Shown: piece by piece, positions 54,482 through 64,000 of the stretch
How the letters are laid out: each line of letters opens with the position of its first letter
Numbering within the stretch: the first letter of the stretch is position 1
From: Acidimicrobiales bacterium
GTDB lineage: Bacteria > Actinomycetota > Acidimicrobiia > Acidimicrobiales > CATQHL01
Assembly: GCA_965116465.1 (NCBI GenBank)
Contig: OZ220687.1
Span: forward strand, 2,564,596 to 2,628,595
Direction of reading: 5' to 3'
DNA: 64,000 bases
Made by a program: the position numbers and the translations under genes
The notes under the pieces: generated by a model
The model's database searches: none
Seen by the model: the letters and a program-made list of their open reading frames with translations, nothing else
Told to the model about the DNA's origin: nothing

Positions 54482-55132
54482 CGCAGATTCGGACTGCTGG
54501 CGACCGTCGTCGGGTTGTCTGCGGCGCGCCTGGCTCGCTGGGACATCCCCGATGTGCTGCCGCTACCGGCCCCGGCGATATTCGCCGGAAACCACCGCAG
54601 CCTGTTCGACATCGTGGTGGGGTTCCACCTCTTCTGGAACTTCCGGGCGTCTGTCCGCATCGTGGTCGCCGGGCGCTACTTCGACCACTGGCTGATGGGC
54701 CGGCTGCTGCGGGCGGCGGGGTTCATCCCGATGGAGCCCGGCAGGGCCGCCCTCGGTGGTGTCAAGGCCTCCCTGGCGGCGCTGGACCGCGGCGAGACCG
54801 TGGTGCTCATGCCCGAGGGGCGTGTGATACCTCCCGATGAGCGCCCCGGGGGCGTGGGTCCTTCCGGCGCGGGCATCGGCATCCTGGCGGCCCGCAGCGA
54901 CGCCCCGCTGGGCCTGTGTGCCATCACGGGGACCGACGAGGTGTGGCCCCTCGGCCGCCGCTTCCCGCGCCTGCGCCTGGGTCGAGCCCGACCCACCGTG
55001 CGCGTGCTGGTGGAGGCGCTGGAGCCTCTCGAGCCGGGCGAGCGCCACGATCGCGAGCGCGTGGCGGCGGCGGTGATGGCGGCGCTTGCGGAACGTGTGC
55101 AGGGGTCCGAGGACCCGAGGGCGCCGGACTGA
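54437..55132 (+). CDS. 1-acyl-sn-glycerol-3-phosphate acyltransferase-like (PlsC family)
   Basis: NHRSLFD (HxxxxD) and LMPEGR motifs, 231 aa from ATG 54437. Confidence 0.7.
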   Translation: MPPMRPASGHRTGNHRRFGLLATVVGLSAARLARWDIPDVLPLPAPAIFAGNHRSLFDIVVGFHLFWNFRASVRIVVAGRYFDHWLMGRLLRAAGFIPMEPGRAALGGVKASLAALDRGETVVLMPEGRVIPPDERPGGVGPSGAGIGILAARSDAPLGLCAITGTDEVWPLGRRFPRLRLGRARPTVRVLVEALEPLEPGERHDRERVAAAVMAALAERVQGSEDPRAPD

Positions 55133-55206
55133 GCGACCCGCGTCAGTCCGGCGGAAGCCGGAATCCAGGGACCGCCGCCGGCTACTGCTGCGCGCTTGGC
55201 GGGTCC

Positions 55207-56088
55207 CTACTCCGACATTCGCCGGGCGAGGCGGCGCATGCCGGCAAGCCAGCGGTCCGGGTCGTCGGCCCGACGCCTGGTGTATGTCGCAACCTCCGGA
55301 TGCGGCAGGACGAGGAACCGTCCCTGCCGCAACGCCTCGGCCGTGGCGTCGGCAACCGCCTCCGGTTCCAGCACGCCGTCCGTGCCGGCGGCTGACCGGC
55401 CGGCCACATCGGCACCGGCTGGGTCGACCGGTGCCGTCCCAGCGGTCGGGCCGTCCAGCAACGGCGTGCGCACCGCCTGCGGGCACAACGCCGCAACTTG
55501 GATGCCTCGGTCCCCGTAGCCGATTGCCAGCCACTCGGCCGCGGCGACTGCGGCGTGCTTGGTGACGGCGTAGGAGACCGAGTCGAGCTGTGTCAGCAGG
55601 CCCGCTGCCGATGCGGTGACCACGAGGGTGCCGCCGCCCCGCTCGACCCAGCGGGGCAGCAGCACGCGCGCGGCGTGGAAGTGCGCCATCACGTGGACGT
55701 CCCAATTGCGCTGCCAGTCGGTGTCCTCCGTGTCCACACCACCGGGTGTCAGCAGGCCCGCATTCGAGCAGTAGATCTCCACGGGGCCGAGCGAGCGCTC
55801 CACTTCGTCGATCAGCGCGCGGGTGGCGGCCGCGTCGGCAACGTCCAGGAGGCGGGCCTCGCCGCTGATGCCCGATGCCACGGATTCGGCACCCTCGCCG
55901 TCGATGTCGGCGGCCACCACACTGGCGCCGTCGCCGGCGAGACGCCGCGCCAGAGCCGCCCCGATGCCGCTGGCGGCGCCCGTCACGATGGCCACGGCGC
56001 CGGGTCGGGGTGGGTAGCGGCTGGGCTGTCGCGGGTCCGGTCCCGCCTGGGGCGATCGGTCCGGTGGATTCCCAGCTGGTGCGGGCAC
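55207..56088 (-). CDS. Short-chain dehydrogenase/reductase (SDR)
   Basis: VTGAASGIGAALA, YAVTKHAA. The N-terminal ~30 aa is Pro-rich, so the true start may be internal. Confidence 0.8.
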   Translation of the reverse strand: MPAPAGNPPDRSPQAGPDPRQPSRYPPRPGAVAIVTGAASGIGAALARRLAGDGASVVAADIDGEGAESVASGISGEARLLDVADAAATRALIDEVERSLGPVEIYCSNAGLLTPGGVDTEDTDWQRNWDVHVMAHFHAARVLLPRWVERGGGTLVVTASAAGLLTQLDSVSYAVTKHAAVAAAEWLAIGYGDRGIQVAALCPQAVRTPLLDGPTAGTAPVDPAGADVAGRSAAGTDGVLEPEAVADATAEALRQGRFLVLPHPEVATYTRRRADDPDRWLAGMRRLARRMSE

Positions 56089-56318
56089 GCCCCGGAGGTT
56101 AGAGCCAGGTCCCGGAAGCGGTGGAGCGTGCCGGGTTCGTGCGGCGAGCCGGCGCTGACGTCATGGAGGGTCGCGCAACCGCTGACCGCGGATTCGGGCG
56201 CAAGTCCCCGTAGTGTCCGGGTAGGTCGACTGCCCTACGGCAGGAGCCGAACCGTCGGCGCCCGGTCGGGCGAAGCAGCGACTGCGGCGCGCGGCCCGCG
56301 TGCCGGGATCGTGCCGGG

Positions 56319-57203
56319 ATGAGGAAGGGGACAGTGACGCCGATGAGGATGCTTGCAGGGGGCTCTGCCGTGGGGGCATTGTCGCTTCTCGCGGCGGTTC
56401 TGCTGCTGGTCGCCGCCTGCGGGGGGAACGGCGCCACCACCGCGGTCCCAGCGCCTGTGGTGAGCGAGTCCGAGGTCACCGGCGACGACTCGCCGCAGCC
56501 GTCCGCCGGCGGTGAGCCCACCGAGGCGACGACGGCTCCTGCACCCGCCGCCGACCCACCCGCCGCCGACCGGAGCCCGTCGCCTCCACCAAGTCCCGAA
56601 CCGCCGGCGGCGGCAGGGGGACGCGTCGGTGCGGACCTTGCCGACACCTTGCCGACCGTGTCGAGCATGGCCCAGTCCTCCGCACCGCTGCCGGCGCCGC
56701 AGGGGTCCGACGGAGCCGCTGCGGCTCCCGAGGGCATCGACGGGGTCACCGTGGTGCCGGTCACCAGCAACGAACACGTGCGCTACGACGTCGAGTACCC
56801 GACATCGCCGCCCGCGGGCGGCCCTCACCTGGGCATCTGGCTCAACTGCGGCTTCTACACCGTGCCCGTTCTGGATGAGTTGGCCGTCCATTCCCTCGAG
56901 CACGGAGTTGTCTGGGTGACCTATCGCTCCGACGTCGGGGCTGCGGCGCTCGGCGAATTGCAGGCGCTGGTGGTGCAGTCGTCCCACGTCCTGGTCTCGC
57001 CGTACGAGGATCAAACGTCGCCGCTGGTGCTCAGCGCCTGGGCGCGCCAACTCCACCTGGACTCGATCGAGGATCCCCGCTTCGATCAGTTCCTGGACGT
57101 GTACCTCTTCGATGGCCCGACGGCGCCCGAGCCCGGGGCGGCCTGCTCGGGGGCGGTGGGTGTGCCCCCCGAGCACCCCGAAGCGATTCCCCAGCAGGGA
57201 TGA
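56319..57203 (+). CDS. DUF3105-like secreted lipoprotein
   Basis: Lipobox LLLVAACGG, Pro/Ala-rich linker, and a C-terminal domain with YPTSPPAGGPH...SLEHGVVWVTY...LSAW, as I recall it for DUF3105. Confidence 0.6.
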   Translation: MRKGTVTPMRMLAGGSAVGALSLLAAVLLLVAACGGNGATTAVPAPVVSESEVTGDDSPQPSAGGEPTEATTAPAPAADPPAADRSPSPPPSPEPPAAAGGRVGADLADTLPTVSSMAQSSAPLPAPQGSDGAAAAPEGIDGVTVVPVTSNEHVRYDVEYPTSPPAGGPHLGIWLNCGFYTVPVLDELAVHSLEHGVVWVTYRSDVGAAALGELQALVVQSSHVLVSPYEDQTSPLVLSAWARQLHLDSIEDPRFDQFLDVYLFDGPTAPEPGAACSGAVGVPPEHPEAIPQQG

Positions 57204-57907
57204 GAAGCGGCCCTCCAAAACGCCGCTCCAGTGGCGGAGGGGCGGCCGGTTCGGGCGCCCCGACCGGTCACGGTCCCCACGGGACGTCGGCGGGCGCGCA
57301 GCGCAGGCGCCGGCGCGGCAGGCCGGACCGCGCCCGCACGTGGCGCATCGTGCTGTGGGTCGGCGTCGCCGTGGCTCTGGCCTGGGTGGCCGTCGCGATG
57401 GTTCTCTTCGTCGGTGACGACGAGGAGTTGCCGCCGCCACGCCCGGAGGAGATCGCCGCCGGTGCGGCGGGGTGCACGCCGCTCGACTTCAGCGTGGCAC
57501 CCGGCGAGAGCGTGGTCTTCCGCGTGACCAACACCACCGACAGCGACTTCGAGGTGATCGTCACCGACGAGGCGGGCGTGGCGTTGCGTACGTCGCCCGG
57601 CTACGACCCGGACAGCCGACCGGCGTGGGAGGCCTCGCAATCGGGCGCTGGTCCGGCAGCGTCACAGCCGCGCCTACTCATCGCCGGCCTGCTCGCCCAC
57701 GAGGGCCACGAGGACGAGGCGGGCCCCAACGCCAATGTGGACTACCGCTATCGCATGATCGTGGCCGAGAACGGGGTGCGCATCATGATCGTCACGTTCC
57801 CCGAGATCGGTGAGTTCGCCCCGCTGACCCGCTTCGTATGCGCCGCCGTCGGAACCGACGGCACCCTGGACGCAACGATGCCCGTTGGGAGAATCACCCG
57901 CGGCTGA
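57200..57907 (+). CDS. Single-pass membrane protein with extracytoplasmic beta-rich (possibly cupredoxin-like) domain
   Basis: ATGA overlap with the upstream gene. Arg-rich N-terminus and TM segment IVLWVGVAVALAWVAVAMVLFV. CTPLDFSVAPGESVVFRVTN resembles EfeO-type cupredoxin starts (weak). Confidence 0.45.
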   Translation: MRSGPPKRRSSGGGAAGSGAPTGHGPHGTSAGAQRRRRRGRPDRARTWRIVLWVGVAVALAWVAVAMVLFVGDDEELPPPRPEEIAAGAAGCTPLDFSVAPGESVVFRVTNTTDSDFEVIVTDEAGVALRTSPGYDPDSRPAWEASQSGAGPAASQPRLLIAGLLAHEGHEDEAGPNANVDYRYRMIVAENGVRIMIVTFPEIGEFAPLTRFVCAAVGTDGTLDATMPVGRITRG

Positions 57908-57981
57908 GGCGCCGCGCCTCGCGGGTGGCCGGTAAGATCGGGGAGCTTCCCCCGAGGCGACCGAGATCTCAAGGAGGAAGC

Positions 57982-58161
57982 ATGGATTGGAGCCAGTTTG
58001 CCGCCATCGCTGGGCTGATGGTCGTGCTGTTCGGCTGGTTGAAGCTCGACATCCGCGACCTGCGGGTTGAGATGCGCTCATTGTCCGACCGCCTGAACGA
58101 CATGTGCAGACGGGTGGCCCGCATCGAGGGTCACCTGGGAGTCGGAAGCACAGAGGCGTGA
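57982..58161 (+). CDS. Small membrane-anchored coiled-coil protein, hypothetical
   Basis: 59 codons. AAGGAGGAAGC lies directly upstream of ATG 57982. One hydrophobic helix FAAIAGLMVVLFGWL. Confidence 0.35.
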   Translation: MDWSQFAAIAGLMVVLFGWLKLDIRDLRVEMRSLSDRLNDMCRRVARIEGHLGVGSTEA

Positions 58162-58200
58162 CCTCCCGGCGATCCTCCTTCGCCCCGCTCAGTTGAGCCT

Positions 58201-59988
58201 CTATCGCAACTGAGCGGCGCTCAGGGAGGCGAGAATCTCGGCGCCGCCGGTGACAGCCGGCCTCAGGCCCACCGCCTGCGGCAGCAACTGCCGGCAGAAG
58301 AACTCGGCGGTGACCTGCTTGGCCTCGAGGGCCTCGGCCTCGGTCCCGGTCGCCCCGGCGGTGATCTCGGCACGGGCGGCCTCGGCTGAGCGGGCCAGCA
58401 GCCATGCGGCCACCACGCTGGCCAGCAGGCGCAGGTACGGGGCCGCGCCGGCCAGCGCGGGGTCACCGGGATTCGCCAGCAGCCAGTCCGTGCAGGAACG
58501 GGCGGCGGCGACGGCTTCGGTCAGCGGCTCCCGCAGGGCCTCGAGGTCGGGGTGGAGCTGGTCGACGGTCTGCTGGACGCGGTCGAGCAACTCGTGCACC
58601 ACGGCCCCGTCGCGCACCGCCAGCTTGCGGCCCACCAGGTCGATGGCCTGGATGCCGTTGGTGCCCTCGTAGATGGCGGCGATGCGCACGTCCCGGCAGT
58701 ACTGGGAGGCCCCGGTCTCCTCCACGTAGCCCATCCCCCCGTGAATCTGCAGCGCCACGGACGTCATCTCGTTGGCGACATCGGTGCACCAGGCCTTCGA
58801 CAGCGGAGTCAGCAGGTCGCAGAGTTCCTGCGCGGCCTGCCGCTCGCTCTCCTCGGGGTGATGCTGGGCGAGGTCGAGAGCGGTCGCGTTGTAGTAGCAG
58901 AGGCAGCGCATCGCCTCGATGTAGGCCTTCTGGGTCAGCAGCATGCGCTGCACGTCAGGATGCTCGATGATGGCGGCCCGCTCACCTCGTACCGTGTCCG
59001 GACGGCGGCCCTGCCGGCGCTCGACGGCGTGGTCGAGAGCCTGCTGGTAGGCCCGGTCGGCAACCCCCACGCCCTCCAGCCCGACGCCGAGCCGGGCGTT
59101 GTTCATCATGGTGAACATGTAGAACAGGCCCATGTTCTCCTCGCCGATGAGGTAACCGACGGCGCCGTCGGTCTCGCCGAGCGACATGACGCAGGTGGGG
59201 CTGGCGTGGATGCCCATCTTGTGCTCAATGGAGACGCACGTGATGTCGTTGCGCTCGCCGGGCCGCCCCGAGGCGTCGGGCAGGTACTTGGGGACGATGA
59301 AGCACGAGATGCCCCGCGAGCCCGGCGGGGCATCGGGCGTGCGGGCCAGAACCAGGTGGATGGTGTTGGCGGCCATGTCGTGCTCGCCCCAGGTGATGAA
59401 GATCTTCTGGCCGCGCAGCCGGTAGCCGCCGTCGGCGGCGCGGTCGGCGCGCGTCGACAGGGCGCCCAGGTCCGAGCCGGCGTGAGGCTCGGTCAGCAGC
59501 ATGGTGGCGGTCCACTCCCCCGAGACGAGTCTCGGCAGGTATTCGGCCTTCTGCGCGGGGCTGCTGTGAAGCGTGAGCAGGTGCACACCGCCCTGTGTCA
59601 GCAGCGGGCAGAGCGAGAGCGCCAGGTTCGAGGCGGTCATCATCTCCTGCAGGGCCAGTCCGACCGACCACGGCAGCCCGCCGCCACCCAGCTCGGGGTC
59701 GAGAGCTGCCGCCCCCCAGCCGGCGGCCACGAAGGCCTCGTAGGCGTCCCTGAATCCCGGCGGGGTGGTGACGGTTCCGTCGCCGTTGTGCACGCTGGGC
59801 GTGGTGTCGCCGGTGCGGTTGAGGGGCGCGAAGACCTCCGAGAAGAAGCGTCCGGCCTCGGCCAGGATGTCGGGGAGGCTGTCGGGGTCAAACGTCTGGA
59901 ACGCCTCCAACTTGGCCAGCGACCGCACGTCGCAGATGTGCTCCAGAACGAACTGCATGTCCTGCAGCGGTGGACGGTAGGTGGTCAT
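58201..59988 (-). CDS. Long-type acyl-CoA dehydrogenase (FadE5-like, ~600 aa)
   Basis: N-terminal [14 protein letters not shown], central ACAD domains (TEPHAGSDL; [13 protein letters not shown]) and a C-terminal extension. ATG 59988 is preceded by AGAGGAAG. Confidence 0.85.
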   Translation of the reverse strand: MTTYRPPLQDMQFVLEHICDVRSLAKLEAFQTFDPDSLPDILAEAGRFFSEVFAPLNRTGDTTPSVHNGDGTVTTPPGFRDAYEAFVAAGWGAAALDPELGGGGLPWSVGLALQEMMTASNLALSLCPLLTQGGVHLLTLHSSPAQKAEYLPRLVSGEWTATMLLTEPHAGSDLGALSTRADRAADGGYRLRGQKIFITWGEHDMAANTIHLVLARTPDAPPGSRGISCFIVPKYLPDASGRPGERNDITCVSIEHKMGIHASPTCVMSLGETDGAVGYLIGEENMGLFYMFTMMNNARLGVGLEGVGVADRAYQQALDHAVERRQGRRPDTVRGERAAIIEHPDVQRMLLTQKAYIEAMRCLCYYNATALDLAQHHPEESERQAAQELCDLLTPLSKAWCTDVANEMTSVALQIHGGMGYVEETGASQYCRDVRIAAIYEGTNGIQAIDLVGRKLAVRDGAVVHELLDRVQQTVDQLHPDLEALREPLTEAVAAARSCTDWLLANPGDPALAGAAPYLRLLASVVAAWLLARSAEAARAEITAGATGTEAEALEAKQVTAEFFCRQLLPQAVGLRPAVTGGAEILASLSAAQLR

Positions 59989-60159
59989 GTCTTCCTCTGG
60001 TGCAGGGTTGCCGCGGCCGGGCGCGCGGCGCCGGTGGCGTCCGGGGTGATGTTCGTGATTCACGGTATCGGCTACGGGGCCCGCATCCGCGGCCAGAGGC
60101 ATCGGGGCTGGAATCGGCTAGAAAACAGCGGCGGAGGAGGCGACGAGAGAGGATCTGCC

Positions 60160-60657
60160 ATGGCCGAGATCGAATTCCGCGGGATGACCATGAACACGGG
60201 CGGGGACCTGCCGAGCGTCGGTGCGCCGGCTCCGGACTTCAGCCTCACCGGTGACGGGCTCGCTGCGGTGGGCCTCGGCGACTTCGCCGGCAAGAACCTG
60301 GTGCTGAACATCTTCCCGAGCATCGACACGCCCACGTGCGCCGCCTCGGTGCGGGCCTTCAACGAGCGCGCCGCCGCCCTCGAGGGTGCAGCCGTGCTCT
60401 GCGTGTCGGCCGACCTGCCGTTCGCGGCCGGACGGTTCTGCGGCGCCGAGGGCATCGAGAACGTGTCGTGCGCCTCGACGTTCCGGTCGCCGGCCTTCTA
60501 CGAGGCCTACGGCGTCCGGATCACCGACGGCCCGCTGGCCGGCCTCTGTGCCCGAGCCGTGGTGGTCGTCGACGCCGAGGGCAACGTGACCCACACGGAG
60601 CTCGTCAACCCCATCACCGACGAACCTGACTACGACGCCGCGCTTGCCGCGCTGTAG
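60160..60657 (+). CDS. tpx: Thiol peroxidase (atypical 2-Cys peroxiredoxin)
   Basis: APDFSL...[20 protein letters not shown]...[10 protein letters not shown]. Only the last 165 codons of track ORF 58552..60657 are coding. Confidence 0.85.
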   Translation: MAEIEFRGMTMNTGGDLPSVGAPAPDFSLTGDGLAAVGLGDFAGKNLVLNIFPSIDTPTCAASVRAFNERAAALEGAAVLCVSADLPFAAGRFCGAEGIENVSCASTFRSPAFYEAYGVRITDGPLAGLCARAVVVVDAEGNVTHTELVNPITDEPDYDAALAAL

Positions 60658-60760
60658 CGACGCCGGTCCGGGGACCCGGCGCGCCGGTAGCCGCCGGTCA
60701 GTCGGGAGCCCATCGAGTGAGTCCGGCCGGATCCCATCGCCCGGCCGGTTCTCGTTCGGC

Positions 60761-61681
60761 CTAGCCGAGACCTCGGGGGAAGCCGCCCGCTTTGGATAGG
60801 TAGCCGGGCACAGGGCGGTCCAGCAGTTCCTCCAGCCAGAGCGCAGATTCGCAGAGCGCGTCCAGGGAGACGCCGCTGCCGACCCCCATCCGATCCAGCA
60901 GGTAGACGAGGTCCTCGGTGGCGATATTGCCGGTCGCCGCGGGCGCGAACGGGCAGCCCCCGATGCCCCCGAGGCTGGCGTCGAAGACCTCCACACCGGC
61001 GTCGAGCGCGGCCACCACATTGGCGAAACCCATGTTGCGGGTGTTGTGGAAGTGCGCCCGGAGCCGGACGTCGGGGCCGACCGCCTCCCGCACGGCCGTA
61101 ACCCTCTCGGTCACGTCGGGAGGCACAGCGACGCCGATGGTGTCGGCGATGGCGATCTCAACAGGGTCGCTCTTGACAACCTCGGCGGCCACTGCCGCCA
61201 GACGCTCGACCGGGACCTCGCCCTCGTAGGGACAGCCGAACACGGCAGAGAGGGTGACGCCGGCGCTGATGCCGCCTGCCCGGGCTCCGTCTGCGAGATC
61301 CTCCCAGACGGCGACGGCTCCGGCGGTGGTCGTGCCCTGGTTGCGCTCGCAGAACGTGTCGGAGCAGACGACCACGGCGTTGATCTCGTCGACCCCCGCG
61401 TCCAGTGCCCTGTCGAGTCCCCGGCGGTTCATGACCAGACCGATGTAGGTCACGTCGTCGTGCCGGGGGAGGGCTGCCATAAGGGCCTCGGCGTCGGCCA
61501 TCTGCGGCACCCGCTTGGGGTTAACGAAGCTCGTCGCCTCCAAGCGCCGAACGCCGGCCTCGACCAGTCGACCGATCAGCTCCACCTTCGCATCGGTCGA
61601 GACCATCGCCGCGTCGCTCTGGAGGCCGTCACGAGGTGAGACATCCACGATCTCCACTGTTCCTGCACCCTGCCGTGACAT
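60761..61681 (-). CDS. Hydroxymethylglutaryl-CoA lyase family (HMGL-like aldolase)
   Basis: VEIVDVSPRDGLQ, HFHNTRNMGFANV, GGCPFAPAATGN. Confidence 0.85.
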   Translation of the reverse strand: MSRQGAGTVEIVDVSPRDGLQSDAAMVSTDAKVELIGRLVEAGVRRLEATSFVNPKRVPQMADAEALMAALPRHDDVTYIGLVMNRRGLDRALDAGVDEINAVVVCSDTFCERNQGTTTAGAVAVWEDLADGARAGGISAGVTLSAVFGCPYEGEVPVERLAAVAAEVVKSDPVEIAIADTIGVAVPPDVTERVTAVREAVGPDVRLRAHFHNTRNMGFANVVAALDAGVEVFDASLGGIGGCPFAPAATGNIATEDLVYLLDRMGVGSGVSLDALCESALWLEELLDRPVPGYLSKAGGFPRGLG

Positions 61682-61807
61682 CGCTCGCCCTTCCTGCGGG
61701 TGCCGGTCGGCGCACCTTGACGGTTCCGGCACCCACTCCTAGCGTGACCCGGGCCGATGGTACCGCTGCCGGCCATCAGGAAACGTGTGCGGGGGACGCA
61801 GCAGCAA

Positions 61808-63013
61808 ATGGAGCGACCGATGACCCCAGCACTCGATGGCATCCGCGTCGTGGAGACCGGCGTCCTGCTCGCAGGACCCTTCTGCGGCCAGCTTCTGGCC
61901 GACTTCGGCGCCGAGGTCATCAAGATCGAGCAACCGGGCGTCGGCGACCCCATGCGCCAGTGGGGCCGGGAACGCGCCGGCGGGCACTCGCTGTGGTGGC
62001 CCGTCCTGGCCCGCAACAAGAAGTCGCTCACGCTCAACCTGCGCGAGCCACGCGGCCAGGAAATCGTGCGGCGGCTCGCCTCCTCCTCGGACATCATGGT
62101 GGAGAACTTCCGGCCCGGCACGCTGGAGCGTTGGGGCCTCGGCTACGAGGAACTCGCGGCCGTCAACCCCCGCCTGATCCTGGTGCGGGTCACGGGCTTC
62201 GGCCAGACCGGGCCCTACGCCGGCCGGCCCGGCTACGGCTCCGTCGGTGAGGCTATGGGAGGCCTGCGCTACGTGGTCGGCAATCCGGACGCTCCGCCCA
62301 GCAGGGTGGGGATCAGCATCGGTGACACTCTCGCGGCCACCTTCGCCTGTGTCGGCGCGCTGTGTGCCCTGCACGCCCGCGAGCGCACCGGCCGCGGCCA
62401 GGTCGTCGACTCCGCCATCTACGAGGCCGTGCTGGCGGTCATGGAGTCGCTCATTCCCGAGTACGCCGTGGCCGGGTACGTACGTGAGCGCAGCGGAGCC
62501 ATCATCCCCAACGTGGCGCCGTCGAACGTGTATCCCACCGCGGACGGTCAGATGGTCATCATCGCAGCCAACCAGGACACGGTCTTCCGCCGGCTCGCCG
62601 AGGCGATGGGGCGCCCCGAGTTGGCGAGCGATGAGCGCTACGCCACGCATGTGGCACGTGGCGCCCACCAGGCGGAACTCGACGGGTTGATTGCCGACTG
62701 GAGCGCCGGCCTGGATGCGGAGGCCGTCAACGAGGTCCTCGAGCAGCACGGTGTGCCCACCGGCCACATCTACCGGGCGCCGGAGATGCTACGCGATCCC
62801 CATTTCGCGGCCCGAGAGGCGATCGTGAAACTCGTGCACCCCGAGATTGGCGAACTGCCCATGCAGAACGTCGTGCCGAAGCTGTCCGAGACGCCGGGTC
62901 GGCTTCGCTGGCCGGGCCCGCAACTCGGCGAGCACAACGCGGAGATCCTGGAGGGTCTGCTGGGTCTCGGCGGCGACGAGGTGGCCCGACTCGCCGCCGA
63001 CGGCATCATCTGA
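61808..63013 (+). CDS. Family III CoA-transferase (CaiB/BaiF)
   Basis: LDGIRVVETGVLLAGPFCGQLLADFGAEVIKIE. The start is ATG 61808 or 61820. Confidence 0.85.
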   Translation: MERPMTPALDGIRVVETGVLLAGPFCGQLLADFGAEVIKIEQPGVGDPMRQWGRERAGGHSLWWPVLARNKKSLTLNLREPRGQEIVRRLASSSDIMVENFRPGTLERWGLGYEELAAVNPRLILVRVTGFGQTGPYAGRPGYGSVGEAMGGLRYVVGNPDAPPSRVGISIGDTLAATFACVGALCALHARERTGRGQVVDSAIYEAVLAVMESLIPEYAVAGYVRERSGAIIPNVAPSNVYPTADGQMVIIAANQDTVFRRLAEAMGRPELASDERYATHVARGAHQAELDGLIADWSAGLDAEAVNEVLEQHGVPTGHIYRAPEMLRDPHFAAREAIVKLVHPEIGELPMQNVVPKLSETPGRLRWPGPQLGEHNAEILEGLLGLGGDEVARLAADGII

Positions 63014-63043
63014 AGACCCGCCGCCGCTGCGGCGGCGGGCTCG

Positions 63044-63481
63044 TCACAGCAGCGGTGTCGAGTCCGCTCCGTCCCCGGTGACCTGGCGCGTGATGGTGTT
63101 CAGGTCGAAGTAGCTGCGACCCCCGGCGACGCGGCCGTCCACGACCCGCAGCACGTCGCAGGACTGCAACTCGATCTTGGCGTTCGTCGGCGGGATCTCG
63201 CCGTCGGGGCCCATCATGGGTCCGGTGTTGGTGCCGCGCACCGTGAACTCGACGACGACCCACTCCCCGCTCTCGATCAGGTTCGTGATCTCGACGGAAC
63301 CGTCGGGGAAGGCACGCGCCCACTCGCGGAATTCCCGCATCATCCCTTCCGGCCCCTGGTAGCGGCGTCCGCTGGCCACCTCCGTCCAGTCCAAGTCCTC
63401 GGCCACGCACTCGATCGCCGACTCGAAGTCGCGACTGTTGAACGCGTCGTAGGTCTTGCGCACCAGATCGGCGTTGCTCAT
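63044..63481 (-). CDS. NTF2-like (SnoaL/ester cyclase-type) protein
   Basis: 145 aa. MSNADLVRKTYDAFNSRDFE... is a typical SnoaL-like N-terminus. Confidence 0.7.
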   Translation of the reverse strand: MSNADLVRKTYDAFNSRDFESAIECVAEDLDWTEVASGRRYQGPEGMMREFREWARAFPDGSVEITNLIESGEWVVVEFTVRGTNTGPMMGPDGEIPPTNAKIELQSCDVLRVVDGRVAGGRSYFDLNTITRQVTGDGADSTPLL

Positions 63482-63513
63482 GGCTGCCCTCCTTGGCTAC
63501 TCCGGCTCTCGTC

Positions 63514-64000
63514 CTAGGCGTGCTCGTCCGGGACGGCGTAGAGCGGTGTCGTGCTCGGATAGATCGGCTGTTCGGGGCGTTGGTCCCAGTCGGCGTGGAC
63601 CGGGGGCTTCAACCAGGACTCGCCGTCATGGAACGCCCGGACCAGTTCCGTGCCCACCTCTTCGCCCTCGTCGTTGGTCAACTCCGAGAACTGGGCCCCC
63701 ATGGGAGCCTCGCAGTGCAGCATGAGGAGGCTGCCCTTGGCGGTCAGTAGCGGTCCGTGTTTCAGACCCGCGGGATTCGCAAGGAACGATCCTGCGGCGT
63801 GCATGCCCCGCTCGGCCATGAGCAGATCACCGGCCAGCCAGACCATCTCCTCCCAGGTGTCATAGTGGACCTCCTGGCGGGGCTCGCCGAAACCGGGCGC
63901 CATCTGGATGAAGCGCAGCATCCCACCGGGACCGCCGTGGAACAGGCCCTCTGCCGGGTCGGGCCACCGCAACGACTTGTGCATGATGCCGTGGCGAAGG
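63514..64000 (-). CDS. Hypothetical protein, possibly cupin-like; may extend beyond the window
   Basis: Track ORF 63514..63984. The frame stays open upstream to position 64000. GC3 bias is present. I recognise no firm motif. Confidence 0.4.
   Translation of the reverse strand, partial: LRHGIMHKSLRWPDPAEGLFHGGPGGMLRFIQMAPGFGEPRQEVHYDTWEEMVWLAGDLLMAERGMHAAGSFLANPAGLKHGPLLTAKGSLLMLHCEAPMGAQFSELTNDEGEEVGTELVRAFHDGESWLKPPVHADWDQRPEQPIYPSTTPLYAVPDEHA

Noticed and set aside
58552-60657. 701-aa plus-strand ORF
   Set aside because: The first ~535 codons are antisense to the acyl-CoA dehydrogenase gene and are low complexity. Only the last 165 codons (tpx, from ATG 60160) are credible.

Overview
Visibly high-GC, gene-dense chromosomal segment with strong GC3 bias, frequent GTG starts and 4-bp start/stop overlaps. 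The style looks actinobacterial, but that taxonomic call is tentative. I recognised no rRNA, tRNA, CRISPR array, transposase or integrase. The many long antisense ORFs in the track are GC shadow ORFs.

Gene content, in order:
(1) 1-10.9 kb, + strand: a sugar-type ABC importer (two permeases and a MalK-like ATPase) whose genes bracket a small Zn-ribbon ORF, hydantoinase/oxoprolinase A and B, an SDR, a 677-aa unknown protein and a D-2-hydroxyacid dehydrogenase.
(2) 10.9-13.8 kb, - strand: a translationally coupled trio of AtzD/barbiturase-family ring-opening amidohydrolase, carboxymuconolactone-decarboxylase-family protein and epoxide hydrolase. It is divergent from a triple-RidA fusion gene.
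(3) 15.3-18.2 kb: a small toxin-antitoxin island (MNT/HEPN, a BrnT-like pair, an excisionase-type HTH gene, Phd/VapC) containing a ~130-bp internal duplication.
(4) An HExxH lipoprotein with tandem repeats, an isolated cobQ, and a glutaredoxin-like ORF interrupted by an in-frame TGA exactly at the first Cys of the CxxC motif. This is a candidate selenoprotein, or alternatively a pseudogene.
(5) 22.6-25.4 kb: two tandem paralogous secreted proteins built from an unrecognised ~52-aa repeat plus FN3-like domains.
(6) 25.5-41.5 kb: a ~16-kb co-directional minus-strand cluster. It interleaves a BMP-type (nucleoside/base-like) ABC importer, a Liv-type ABC importer, a lone xanthine-dehydrogenase-family Mo subunit, a second triple-RidA fusion, an isochorismatase-family hydrolase and a Rieske oxygenase. 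It is divergent from an XRE-cupin regulator.
(7) 42.5-51 kb: SDR, two tandem cupins, a C-N hydrolase, then FAD, Mo, 2Fe-2S and a second Mo subunit of an XDH/CODH-family enzyme.
(8) 51-64 kb: MaoC-like hydratase coupled to a Cu P-type ATPase, PlsC-like acyltransferase, SDR, DUF3105 lipoprotein, acyl-CoA dehydrogenase, Tpx, HMG-CoA-lyase-like protein, family III CoA-transferase and an NTF2-like protein.

Overall reading (inference): an accessory N-heterocycle/amide catabolic neighbourhood. Its most unusual single items are the UxxC recoding candidate, the two single-chain triple RidA proteins, the 3 Mo : 1 FeS : 1 FAD subunit ratio, and the novel secreted repeat proteins.
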